Positions 1 through 7,913 of a stretch of 49,871 nt of DNA are shown one piece after another. The stretch spans positions 30,697 through 80,567 of the forward strand of contig JBBEAX010000047.1 of the NCBI GenBank assembly GCA_040882645.1. Direction: 5' to 3'. This stretch comes from Acidimicrobiia bacterium (GTDB taxonomy: Bacteria; Actinomycetota; Acidimicrobiia; Spongiisociales; UBA11373). Both the position numbers and the translations under genes were made by a program. The notes under the pieces were generated by a model. It had not been told where the DNA came from. It saw nothing but the letters and a program-made list of their open reading frames with translations, and made no database searches. Each line of letters opens with the position of its first letter. Within the stretch, counting starts at the first letter, position 1.

Positions 1-132
1 TTGTGGTCGATGTCGGACATCATGGTGTTGTGGTCGATGTCGGACATCATGGTGTTGTGGTCGATGTCGGACATCATGGTGTCGTGGTCGATGTCGGACA
101 TCATGGTGTCGTGGTCCATGCCGAACATCATG
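1..132. repeat. 27-bp tandem repeat, 4 near-perfect units plus a degenerate partial unit (coding repeat)
   Basis: T(T/C)GTGGTCGATGTCGGACATCATGGTG at 1-27, 28-54, 55-81, 82-108; degenerate copy 109-132. Confidence 0.95.
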
Positions 133-278
133 TCGTGCTGGGCGTCCATCTGATCGGCCCATCGGCCGTGGAAGACCCCCCCGGGGACGGGGGGCGAGTC
201 GCTCTGGGCGCTCGCCACCAGTGGCACCGTGAGCAGGGCCGTCACGGCGATAGCCGCAACGATCGTCTTTGAGTTCAT
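1..278 (-). CDS. Secreted His/Met/Asp-rich repeat protein, probable metal (Cu) binder; partial, runs off the window start
   Basis: Manual translation: MNSKTIVAAIAVTALLTVPLVASAQ (signal peptide, ASA-Q) ... QHDMMFGMDHDTMMSDIDHDTMMSDIDHNTMMSDIDHN... GGAG RBS at 288-285. Alternative ATG at 284 overlaps the upstream TGA. Not in the ORF track. Confidence 0.8.
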   Translation of the reverse strand, partial: MNSKTIVAAIAVTALLTVPLVASAQSDSPPVPGGVFHGRWADQMDAQHDMMFGMDHDTMMSDIDHDTMMSDIDHNTMMSDIDHNTMMSDIDH

Positions 279-280
279 CG

Positions 281-499
281 TCATCTCCAATCGAGGGCGC
301 CAAGCCGGTCCCGGTACTCGTCCCGGTCGAGCTCGCCGCGAGCGAACCGATCCTGAAGAATCCACCTGGGATCGGGGGGTGGCGCCGAAGTCACCCGCGG
401 TCCCGCGGCGGTCGCGGTAAGCCACACGACGAGGCCGAGGACCACGAGCCAGAACACGCTCATCGCCGCCATTGCCCACCCGTATCCTCCGTACATCAT
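281..499 (-). CDS. Small membrane protein with C-terminal SHOCT domain
   Basis: MMYGGYGW, one TM helix, then ILQDRFARGELDRDEY (SHOCT signature). Start trimmed from ORF 281..679. Confidence 0.85.
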   Translation of the reverse strand: MMYGGYGWAMAAMSVFWLVVLGLVVWLTATAAGPRVTSAPPPDPRWILQDRFARGELDRDEYRDRLGALDWR

Positions 500-775
500 T
501 TCGACTCCCGTCCGGGTGGCTTCACCACCACGCAGACAGCCAACCACGACCACATGAAGGCTTCGGTGCCGCCAGCATGAAGAGTCGATGAAGAGGCTCA
601 GCCGATAGCAGGAGCCACGGCGGCCCGGGCAGGGACCGGGCCGCACCGCGATGAGCCTCAGGCGAAGAGCCGTTGGCATCGACGCAAGAACGCCCGCCCA
701 TTAGCGGGCGCCCCCAGCGGAGCGAAGCCACTTCTTTGCTGCCTTCCGGTCGAGAGTACGAACGGCACACCGACC

Positions 776-812
776 GGGCCTTAAGGCCCTACCCGACCCC
801 ACCTGGGGTGGG
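776..812. promoter_or_regulatory. Candidate CsoR operator plus adjacent 14-bp perfect palindrome in the divergent promoter region
   Basis: ACCCC-ACCT-GGGGT dyad at 796-809 (C-tract/G-tract type typical of actinobacterial CsoR operators); GGGCCTTAAGGCCC at 776-789; csoR is the second gene downstream. Confidence 0.6.
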
Positions 813-840
813 CACCCTGCTGTGGAAATGAGAGGTATGC

Positions 841-1071
841 ATGTTCTGTGATGGCAGCATGACGGCGGGCGGCTGGATCTGGATGGGCGTTCTCTGGATC
901 GTGCTCCTTGGGCTCCTCGGAGCGGTGCTGGTGTCGGTACGGAGGTCGCGCCAGAGCCGCGGGTACTCCGAATTCGACGCGGGCGCGATCCTCGACGCTC
1001 GACTGGCGCGCGGCGAGATCACGGTCGACGAGTATCGAGAGCAGCGAGCCACGCTTGCGGAGACTCGATGA
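841..1071 (+). CDS. Small membrane protein with SHOCT domain
   Basis: TM helix, then ILDARLARGEITVDEY; GAGG RBS; ATGA overlap with csoR. Confidence 0.85.
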   Translation: MFCDGSMTAGGWIWMGVLWIVLLGLLGAVLVSVRRSRQSRGYSEFDAGAILDARLARGEITVDEYREQRATLAETR

Positions 1072-1385
1072 AATCCGACCCGCGGAGCGCCTCGGCAAGG
1101 CTGCGGAGTGCTCGCGGCCATCTCGACAGCGTCATCCGCATGGTCGACGAGGATCGCTACTGCATCGACGTCCTCCATCAGATCTCAGCCGTCCAGGGTG
1201 CCCTCGATCGAACCCGTCGCGAGATCTTCGAGTCTCACGTTCGGTCGTGCGTGCCCGAGCGCGTACTTGCGGGCCGGGTCGACGAGGTGGCCAAGGAGCT
1301 GGTCGGAGCCGCCTTCGGAGCCGCCCCGAGTCCCGAGAACCGCCATCGCATGGCGCATTGCCAGGCCCATGGGGGCGCCGAATGA
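1068..1385 (+). CDS. csoR: CsoR/RcnR-family metal-sensing repressor
   Basis: RLRSARGHL..VIRMV....YCIDVLHQISAV..AL...HVRSC with the Cys/His/Cys Cu(I) fingerprint. Confidence 0.9.
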   Translation: MKSDPRSASARLRSARGHLDSVIRMVDEDRYCIDVLHQISAVQGALDRTRREIFESHVRSCVPERVLAGRVDEVAKELVGAAFGAAPSPENRHRMAHCQAHGGAE

Positions 1386-1708
1386 CCGAACCGAGCAGGG
1401 ATCCGATTGTCGAGGGCGGTCGCCGCGTCGAAGCGGTACTGATTTCTGCCCCGGCCTGCCACCTGTGCCATGACGCAGCCGCGCTGCTCGCCACGATGAG
1501 CGGTAGTTATCCGCTGCGTGTGGTCGAGCTCGACTGCAACAGCCCCGAGGGGCGTTCAGTCGTCAACAGGCTCCGCACCCCGTTCTTGCCGGTGTTGCTC
1601 ATTGACGGGGAGTACTTCGGCCATGGGCGAATCTCCCCCCGCAAGCTCGAACGCCATCTCGCAAGCCTCTTCAGTGACGCCGCCGTTTCGCCCATCCGGG
1701 AGATGTGA
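1382..1708 (+). CDS. Glutaredoxin-like protein
   Basis: CHLC CxxC motif and PVLLIDG; ATG at 1382 overlaps the csoR stop (ATGA). Confidence 0.8.
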   Translation: MTEPSRDPIVEGGRRVEAVLISAPACHLCHDAAALLATMSGSYPLRVVELDCNSPEGRSVVNRLRTPFLPVLLIDGEYFGHGRISPRKLERHLASLFSDAAVSPIREM

Positions 1709-1711
1709 CCA

Positions 1712-2647
1712 ATGGACGGTGTCTTCCTGGGGGGCTCCCTGTTCGCGGCATTCCTTGCCGGGACGGTGGCTCTGTTCGCCCCCTGCTGCATCACTGTGAT
1801 GTTTCCTGCCTATCTCGCCGCTGCGGTGCGAAACAACCGGTGGCGCCTTGTTCCGCTCACGATGGTGTTCGCCGCGGGTGTCGCCTTTGTCCTGGTCCCG
1901 ATCACGCTCGGCCTTAGCATCCTCACTGAGAGCCTCCTCCGATTCCATACATTGGTGTACGGGGCGGGGGCGGTGCTCATGATCGTCCTGGCCGGGTTCG
2001 CCGCCACCGGTGCGACATGGTCGCTGCCCTTCTTCCGCGGCGCCCCGGACATCTCTCGAACCGACTCCGGCGGGGTGTTCGCACTCGGCGTGTTCTCCGG
2101 CGCGGCAAGCGCTTGCTGTGCCCCGGTTCTCCTTGGCGTTCTCACCTTGTCGGCCGTCGGACCCGGGCCTGTCGCCGCCACCGCGATCGGGCTCGCCTAC
2201 GTGTTCGGCATGGTGTTCCCGCTGCTGCTGCTCACACTGCTGTGGGACCGGTCCCGGCTCGCCGAGGCGGTCAGCCGCCGTAATCGGCGCGTCGAGTGGC
2301 GCCTGGCGGGACGAACCTTTTCGACGACTCGCCTGTCGATGTTTGCCGCCGTGTTGTTTGCGGTGATGGCCGCAGTCCTCGCGGTGGTTGCCGTCACCGG
2401 CGCGACGCTCGCCCCGTCGTTCCAGGAAGGCGTGAGCCGGTGGGTGGAGGATCGCCTGTCGCCCGTCGCCCGGATCTTCGATCCGGTGCCGGACCTGCTC
2501 ATGGGGCTCGCATTGGTGGCGATCGCGGTCGGCGCCGTGATCGCATCGGGGCGGCGCCGCGGTCGCTCGGGATCGATCGACTCAGATGAACAAAGGAATG
2601 ACAATGACGAAGACCTCATCGCAGCCGATCAGCTCGACTGCCACTGA
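1712..2647 (+). CDS. ccdA: CcdA/DsbD-type transmembrane thiol:disulfide interchange protein
   Basis: FAPCC...PAY and ACCAPVL motifs in a polytopic membrane protein. Confidence 0.85.
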   Translation: MDGVFLGGSLFAAFLAGTVALFAPCCITVMFPAYLAAAVRNNRWRLVPLTMVFAAGVAFVLVPITLGLSILTESLLRFHTLVYGAGAVLMIVLAGFAATGATWSLPFFRGAPDISRTDSGGVFALGVFSGAASACCAPVLLGVLTLSAVGPGPVAATAIGLAYVFGMVFPLLLLTLLWDRSRLAEAVSRRNRRVEWRLAGRTFSTTRLSMFAAVLFAVMAAVLAVVAVTGATLAPSFQEGVSRWVEDRLSPVARIFDPVPDLLMGLALVAIAVGAVIASGRRRGRSGSIDSDEQRNDNDEDLIAADQLDCH

Positions 2648-3191
2648 GACGCCGGGGTCACGCCGATGGCTGGTGTGGACCGCGACGCTCGCGCCGCTTG
2701 CCTTGCTGATCGCCTTCGTGATGGTGAACACCCTGTCGGGTGAGCCACACCAGCAGGGGGCCAGTGTCGTGCCCGACTTCGAACTCGCTACCAGTGCCGG
2801 CGGCGTCGTCGACCGCGAGGCGGCCCTCGGCCAGGGCGACGCGCTGTTCTACTTCTCGATGGGGGTGGGCTGCGATGGCTGCTTTGCCCAGATTCCCGAG
2901 ATCGCGGCCGGGTTGGAGGCCAGAAACATTCGTCTCGTTCCGGTGATGACCAACCCCCCTTCGGCCGTTGCCGCTGAGGCGCTCCGTTGGGGCGTCGAGA
3001 TTCCGATCCTCATCGATTCCGATCTCTCGCTCTCGAGGGCGATGGGGATGGTCGGTGTCTACGGGCACGGCAACAGTCCCAGCCACAGCTTCGCACTCGC
3101 CCGGGCCGATGGGACCGTCGAGTGGATCCGCCACTACGCAGAGATGTTCGTCCCCGCCGACGCCTTCTTCTCCGAACTCGACGCCGCATGA
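2604..3191 (+). CDS. Membrane-anchored redoxin (AhpC/TSA or TlpA-like thioredoxin fold)
   Basis: N-terminal TM, VPDFEL, CDGC CxxC, ILIDSD; AAGGA RBS 6 nt before ATG 2604. Confidence 0.75.
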   Translation: MTKTSSQPISSTATETPGSRRWLVWTATLAPLALLIAFVMVNTLSGEPHQQGASVVPDFELATSAGGVVDREAALGQGDALFYFSMGVGCDGCFAQIPEIAAGLEARNIRLVPVMTNPPSAVAAEALRWGVEIPILIDSDLSLSRAMGMVGVYGHGNSPSHSFALARADGTVEWIRHYAEMFVPADAFFSELDAA

Positions 3192-3204
3192 CGCGCCCCC
3201 CTCG

Positions 3205-4107
3205 ATGATCGCCTCCATCACCTACCAGCCCATCCCGATCGTGCACCTGGGCGGATTCCACCTCTCGATCCATGGCGTGTTCATCGCCCTCGGGTTCCTC
3301 GCCGGGGCTTGGATCGCGGTCAGGGCCGTGGAGCGCGCCGGAGGCGACACCGTGAGCTACCAGAGCGTGCTGAACTGGGCCCTGGTCGGAGCCCTCGTCG
3401 GGGCGCGTTACCTGACCGCCCCGGCGGCGCTGCTGGATGGTGCGGGCTGGGTTGCCTTCTCACCGGTCGCCGGGAACTTCTCCATCCTGGGTGGCTTCAC
3501 CGGAGGGATTCTCGTTGGATGGTGGCGAATGCGGTCATTGGGCATGAGTCTTCTTCCGACTCTGGATCTCTCCGCCCCCGGCCTCGCACTCGGCACCATT
3601 GTGGGCCGCCTCGGATGTCTGGCGATCGCCGAGCACCTCGGAACCGCCACCACGCTCCCGTGGGGGTACGCGGTGATGGCCGGATACGACGTGGCGCCTG
3701 CCCACAATGCGCTCGAATGCACAATTGCCCCCGCGGGTGCCGACGGCGTCTGTGGGGTTTATCAGCCGGTGGCGCTCTACGACCTTCTGGGGGCGGCCGC
3801 CCTGCTCCTGGTGCTGGTGGTGGCGAGCCGGCGGATGCGGCTCCGCCCGGGGCAGTTGTTTGCCGGGTGGATGGTCTGGTATGGGGTACAGCGCTTCCTG
3901 CTCGACTCCCTCAGGGCGGGTGACGCCGGCCCGGGTGGGTTCACCTGGAATCAGCTCGTCGGGCTCACTGGTGCCATCGCTGGTCTCTTCCTGATGCGCT
4001 GGATGGGGCGGCGCTCGGAACGAGGGACCGGGCCTCCGGAACCGGGCGAGCCCGTCGCCGGCGCCGCTGATCCTGTCCTCCAACGCGAGGTCGACCGGAT
4101 GCGGTAG
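3205..4107 (+). CDS. lgt: Prolipoprotein diacylglyceryl transferase family protein (divergent Lgt)
   Basis: ALVGARY, SILGG, GRLGC, YQPVALYD, YGVQRFLLDSLR, TWNQ match Lgt motifs; start trimmed to ATG 3205. Confidence 0.8.
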   Translation: MIASITYQPIPIVHLGGFHLSIHGVFIALGFLAGAWIAVRAVERAGGDTVSYQSVLNWALVGALVGARYLTAPAALLDGAGWVAFSPVAGNFSILGGFTGGILVGWWRMRSLGMSLLPTLDLSAPGLALGTIVGRLGCLAIAEHLGTATTLPWGYAVMAGYDVAPAHNALECTIAPAGADGVCGVYQPVALYDLLGAAALLLVLVVASRRMRLRPGQLFAGWMVWYGVQRFLLDSLRAGDAGPGGFTWNQLVGLTGAIAGLFLMRWMGRRSERGTGPPEPGEPVAGAADPVLQREVDRMR

Positions 4108-4505
4108 CCGAGGGGTCGGGCGGAGTCCCGCCGCGTTCCGACACACATCCCGGCTCTCAACCCTCGTCCCTCAGGCACGTCGGCGAGGGATTGGTGACTG
4201 GCTGCTGGCCGGGATGGTGCGCATCGGGCAAGAGATCGGTGGAGCGGTGCTCGACCGAGGTGCGTCTGTTCGGACTTTCGGGAGCCCGACGCTGTCGACC
4301 ATCCACCACGTCCTGGATTGGGTCGGCCATCGGGGAGGACCTCCTCCCTGTGGAGAGTCCAGGATGGGATCGGTGGTCGCGGGCGGAGCCCGTCGGAAGT
4401 CCACTAGACCGGAAGGGGGCTGTTCGATCCCGGATTGCAAATCTTCGTTCAGAGGCTAAGCCGGCGCCACCTGTCGGTGGGCACCAAATCACGCCATGAG
4501 ACCTC

Positions 4506-4537
4506 TTGACATTCCAGTCGACTGGCAGATGTACGTT
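4506..4537 (+). promoter_or_regulatory. MerR-family type promoter/operator, 20-bp spacer
   Basis: TTGACA (4506-4511), 20 nt, TACGTT (4532-4537); CCAGTCGACTGG palindrome in the spacer. Confidence 0.8.
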
Positions 4538-4568
4538 GGACGTGGGACGGAAATCAAGGAGGCGAGCG

Positions 4569-4862
4569 ATGAAAGGTCTGGCAGTATTGGTTGGGCTGTT
4601 GGTGATGGTGACGATTGGTCTTGGCATTGGCTTGGGCGGCTCAACACCTGATGATCAACCCACGACCCGGGTGCGTGCCGACCATGTCGGAATGCCCGAA
4701 TCCGACCAGCTGATGCTCCAGCAGATGCGGAGCGGGACTTCGCCGGGCATGACGCCCATGATCAGGGAGGATCCGATGTGGGTAGACCCGGACATGATCA
4801 AGGCTCAGGAGGAGTACCAGGCGCAACTCGACCGCATGGTGGGAAAGCGACCCGGTCGGTAG
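4569..4862 (+). CDS. Small exported or membrane-anchored Met-rich protein, unknown function
   Basis: AAGGAGG RBS, hydrophobic N-terminus, many Met residues; directly behind the MerR-type promoter. Confidence 0.75.
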   Translation: MKGLAVLVGLLVMVTIGLGIGLGGSTPDDQPTTRVRADHVGMPESDQLMLQQMRSGTSPGMTPMIREDPMWVDPDMIKAQEEYQAQLDRMVGKRPGR

Positions 4863-5044
4863 AGCAGGGGGTGGCGATGGTTCTTAATGCCGCCGACGCC
4901 TCGGGGAGGTCGTCGACGCTTGGGTCGATATCAGGGGAGCCTCCTCGCCGTGTCGCCTCAACCCGGATCCGGCCCCCATGGTGACCCCGTGGAGTTGTCC
5001 GCTGCATGGTGAGAACGGGTTGATCCCTACGGAACGGGACTGAC

Positions 5045-6199
5045 ATGGCGGGGATGGTCGATTCAGGGTCTTTCGGCTCCGGCACCGGCGGGGCCCCCTT
5101 CGAACTCCGTCGTCTCGGGGTGGTGATGGAACCCGAACCGGGCAAGTCGTACGAGGAAGAGGGTGTGCTCAACCCGGCCGTGGTGCGGGGTCGGGATGGC
5201 CAGCTCTATCTCTTCCCGAGACTGGTGGCCCGGGGCAACTACTCCCGGATCGGCATCGCCCGGGTCCGTTTCGGGGAAGACGGCGACCCGGTCGGAGTCG
5301 ATCGGATCGGGATTGCCTTGGAGCCGGAAGCCGAATACGAGTTGCGGGAAGATGGTGGCGGCTGTGAAGACCCGCGCATCAGCTTTGTCGACTCGCTGGG
5401 GCTGTATGTCATGACCTACACCGCGTTCTCACCTGATGGGCCTCGTATCGCGCTGGCGGTTTCTCAGGATCTCTTCTCGTGGGAGCGGCTGGGGCTGGCC
5501 ACCTTCAAGCCCGAGGATCGTGTCGACTTCAACGGGGTCAACAACAAGGACGGACTGATCTTCCCGGCGGCGGTGCCCGACCCGGACGGCAGGCCGGCAA
5601 TGGCCATGATCCACCGGCCCCTTTTCCCGGGCACCAACACGCAGGAGATCGTCACCCGCGCAGCGGCGAGGACGGTCGACCTGGACCGGGAGAGTATGTG
5701 GATCTCATACTGCCCGCTCGATGCCGCCGCAGTCCATTCCTACCATGATCTTTGTCACTTCCAATCCAATCATCGTCTGGCTGCGCCGAAAGCATCCTGG
5801 GAGCGGCTGAAGGTGGGAGGCGGAGCACCCCCGGTTCTGACGTCATACGGGTGGCTGGTCGTATATCACGGTGTGACGGAGTCCGGCGACCGCGGCAGGC
5901 GTCACGGACTGCGGTATTCGGCGGCTGTCCTGATCCTCGACCGTCACGATCCTCGGGTCATCTCCTACCGGTCTCCGACGCCAGTCCTTTCCCCGGAGCT
6001 CCCCGAAGAGCGCCACGGCGTGGTGGCGGATGTGGTTTTCCCGACCGGCGTCGATCGCCGGTCCGACCTCGGCCTCTCAAACCGAATCGACGTGTACTAC
6101 GGCATGGCCGACAGCCGCATCGGCGTGGCCCGCATGGACCTGCCGGACTCTTTGCCGTTGGCGTCCCGATTCGATGACAACGCTTTCACGCGCGAGTAG
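5045..6199 (+). CDS. Glycoside hydrolase family 130 protein (mannoside phosphorylase/mannosidase-like)
   Basis: VLNPAV, GCEDPRI, YVMTYTA, NKDG, KVGGGAPP, WLVVYHG, VVFPTG, YYGMADSRIG motifs. Confidence 0.9.
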   Translation: MAGMVDSGSFGSGTGGAPFELRRLGVVMEPEPGKSYEEEGVLNPAVVRGRDGQLYLFPRLVARGNYSRIGIARVRFGEDGDPVGVDRIGIALEPEAEYELREDGGGCEDPRISFVDSLGLYVMTYTAFSPDGPRIALAVSQDLFSWERLGLATFKPEDRVDFNGVNNKDGLIFPAAVPDPDGRPAMAMIHRPLFPGTNTQEIVTRAAARTVDLDRESMWISYCPLDAAAVHSYHDLCHFQSNHRLAAPKASWERLKVGGGAPPVLTSYGWLVVYHGVTESGDRGRRHGLRYSAAVLILDRHDPRVISYRSPTPVLSPELPEERHGVVADVVFPTGVDRRSDLGLSNRIDVYYGMADSRIGVARMDLPDSLPLASRFDDNAFTRE

Positions 6200-6272
6200 G
6201 TCTGGGCTGAAATCCCGTCCAAGGCCGAATCCATTCTGGCCAAAGCTGGGTACCCACGACGCCCACACCCCC

Positions 6273-6304
6273 TTGACATTCCAGGTGACTGGAAGGTGTA
6301 CGGT
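6273..6304 (+). promoter_or_regulatory. Second MerR-family type promoter/operator, 20-bp spacer
   Basis: TTGACA (6273-6278), 20 nt, TACGGT (6299-6304); TTCCAG-GTGA-CTGGAA dyad. Confidence 0.8.
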
Positions 6305-6377
6305 GGGAGCATGACCTTGCAGACGGTGTCCTCGATGATCGATCGACTGCGAGGGGGAGCCGGGTCGATGGCGTCGG

Positions 6378-6415
6378 CACAGCGCCGTCCCGGTTGGAAC
6401 TGGGACGGCGCTGTG
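6378..6415. terminator. Strong GC-rich stem-loop
   Basis: CACAGCGCCGTCCC (6378-6391) pairs perfectly with GGGACGGCGCTGTG (6402-6415). Confidence 0.6.
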
Positions 6416-6582
6416 TGCAGCTCTTGTCCGGTCGACGGTGGTGAGGTAAAGATGACCTCCCTTATGAAATCGGAGCGGAACGGGCGGGTTCGCCGGCCTC
6501 CAAGGGACTGTTTGGCCCAGTCGCTACCCCGAGTCCCGCGTGTATCAAGTAATGCCATGCGGAGAGATCAATGGAGGCCGGG

Positions 6583-7728
6583 ATGCCACATCCTCGCATC
6601 TTGTTCGTAAGCACCTATCCCCTCACGCGTTGCGGGATCGCCACCTTCACTCGCTCTCTCATACGGAGCCTGGGGGAGGTGAGGCACAGCACAGATGGTC
6701 TGGGCGTGGCCCGGCTGCGCAGTCGGAGCGACGACACGATCTCAGTGGGTGCCGAGGTGGTGGTGGAGGCTCCGGCCCATTCCCGGTCATGGCCGGTGGA
6801 GGTGGCCCGGGTCGCGCAGGGTTTCGACGTGATGTGGGTCCAGCACGAGTTCGGCATCTTCGGACCCGACAGCGGCCGGAGGGTGCTGGACCTGTGTGAG
6901 CTGACCACGGTGCCGTTGGTCGTCACCATGCATACCGTGCTGGCGGAACCGACACCGGAGGAGGGCGAGATCGTCGAACGGCTGGCCTCGCGTAGCGAGC
7001 GACTGGTTGTCATGTCCCAAGCGGCCCGCAAGAGACTCCTCGTCACTCATTCCGTCGATCCCGCCAAGGTCACGGTGGTCCCGCATGGCGCTCATGGCTT
7101 CCGGCGGATTGGGGAACCCAACCATGGTCCCCGGCCCATCATCGCCACCTGGGGCCTGCTCGGACCGGGAAAGGGCATTGAGTGGGGCATCGAGGCCATG
7201 GTCCGTCTCCGGCATATCCGGCCGCTGCCCCGCTATGTGATCCAGGGTGCGACGCATCCCAACGTGCTAGCGGCCGAGGGCGACGCCTACCGTCGCCATC
7301 TGTGGTCATTGGCCTCCGATTTGGGCGTTGCCGACATGGTGACGATGTCGAGCGCCTACCTGACGAACGAACAGTTGGGAGCTTTCATAGCGGAGATCGA
7401 CATAGCCCTACTTCCCTACGACTCCCTGACCCAGGTCACCTCGGGGGTCCTGGTGGAGGCCTTGGGGGCCGGCTTGCCGGTGGTCGCCACTGCTTTTCCG
7501 CATGCCATCGAGCTGCTCTCAGATGGAGCGGGTCTGGTAGTCCCACACAGGGATCCCAAAGCAATGGCGATGGCACTCGAGGGCCTGCTGACCCGCCCCC
7601 TAGCACTGCGGGCGGCGGCGATGGCCGCCTCAAGGATGGCTCCCGACCTGAGGTGGTCGTCGGTGGCGTCACGCAGCGACTCGGTGGCAAACCACGCCGT
7701 AGCCGCCGCCGCGGCGAGTGTGGCATGA
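6583..7728 (+). CDS. Glycosyltransferase family 4 (GT-B)
   Basis: STYP..CGIATFT, QHEFGIFG, TMHTV, WGLLGPGKG, QVTSGVL; GGAGG RBS. Confidence 0.9.
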   Translation: MPHPRILFVSTYPLTRCGIATFTRSLIRSLGEVRHSTDGLGVARLRSRSDDTISVGAEVVVEAPAHSRSWPVEVARVAQGFDVMWVQHEFGIFGPDSGRRVLDLCELTTVPLVVTMHTVLAEPTPEEGEIVERLASRSERLVVMSQAARKRLLVTHSVDPAKVTVVPHGAHGFRRIGEPNHGPRPIIATWGLLGPGKGIEWGIEAMVRLRHIRPLPRYVIQGATHPNVLAAEGDAYRRHLWSLASDLGVADMVTMSSAYLTNEQLGAFIAEIDIALLPYDSLTQVTSGVLVEALGAGLPVVATAFPHAIELLSDGAGLVVPHRDPKAMAMALEGLLTRPLALRAAAMAASRMAPDLRWSSVASRSDSVANHAVAAAAASVA

Positions 7729-7913
7729 CCGATACGGGAGACGGATGATGGCCTTCGTCGGTTTTCGGGACACCTACCGTATGGGCGTATGGTCCCCGTG
7801 ACCGAAGAAGTGGATGCTGGCACCGCGTCGCGTATCGGTGCTGTCTCGAGTAACAGAGGTCAGATATCCGGGACCCGTAGGCACCAGGCTTTCGCCCAGC
7901 AGTGTTCGGCCTG

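Noticed and set aside
1-132. 27-bp repeats as a CRISPR array
   Set aside because: Units are contiguous with no spacers, length is a multiple of 3, and no cas genes are present.
3-272. Plus-strand ORF with VVVDVGHHG repeats
   Set aside because: Shadow of the minus-strand gene, which has a signal peptide, RBS and coupling to its neighbour.
4400-4416. Possible third MerR-type dyad (TCCACTAGACCGGAAGG)
   Set aside because: Several mismatches and no properly placed -35/-10; too weak to call.
7725-7910. Gene starting at the ATGA overlap after GT4
   Set aside because: Stops after 7 codons; no recognisable motif in any frame.
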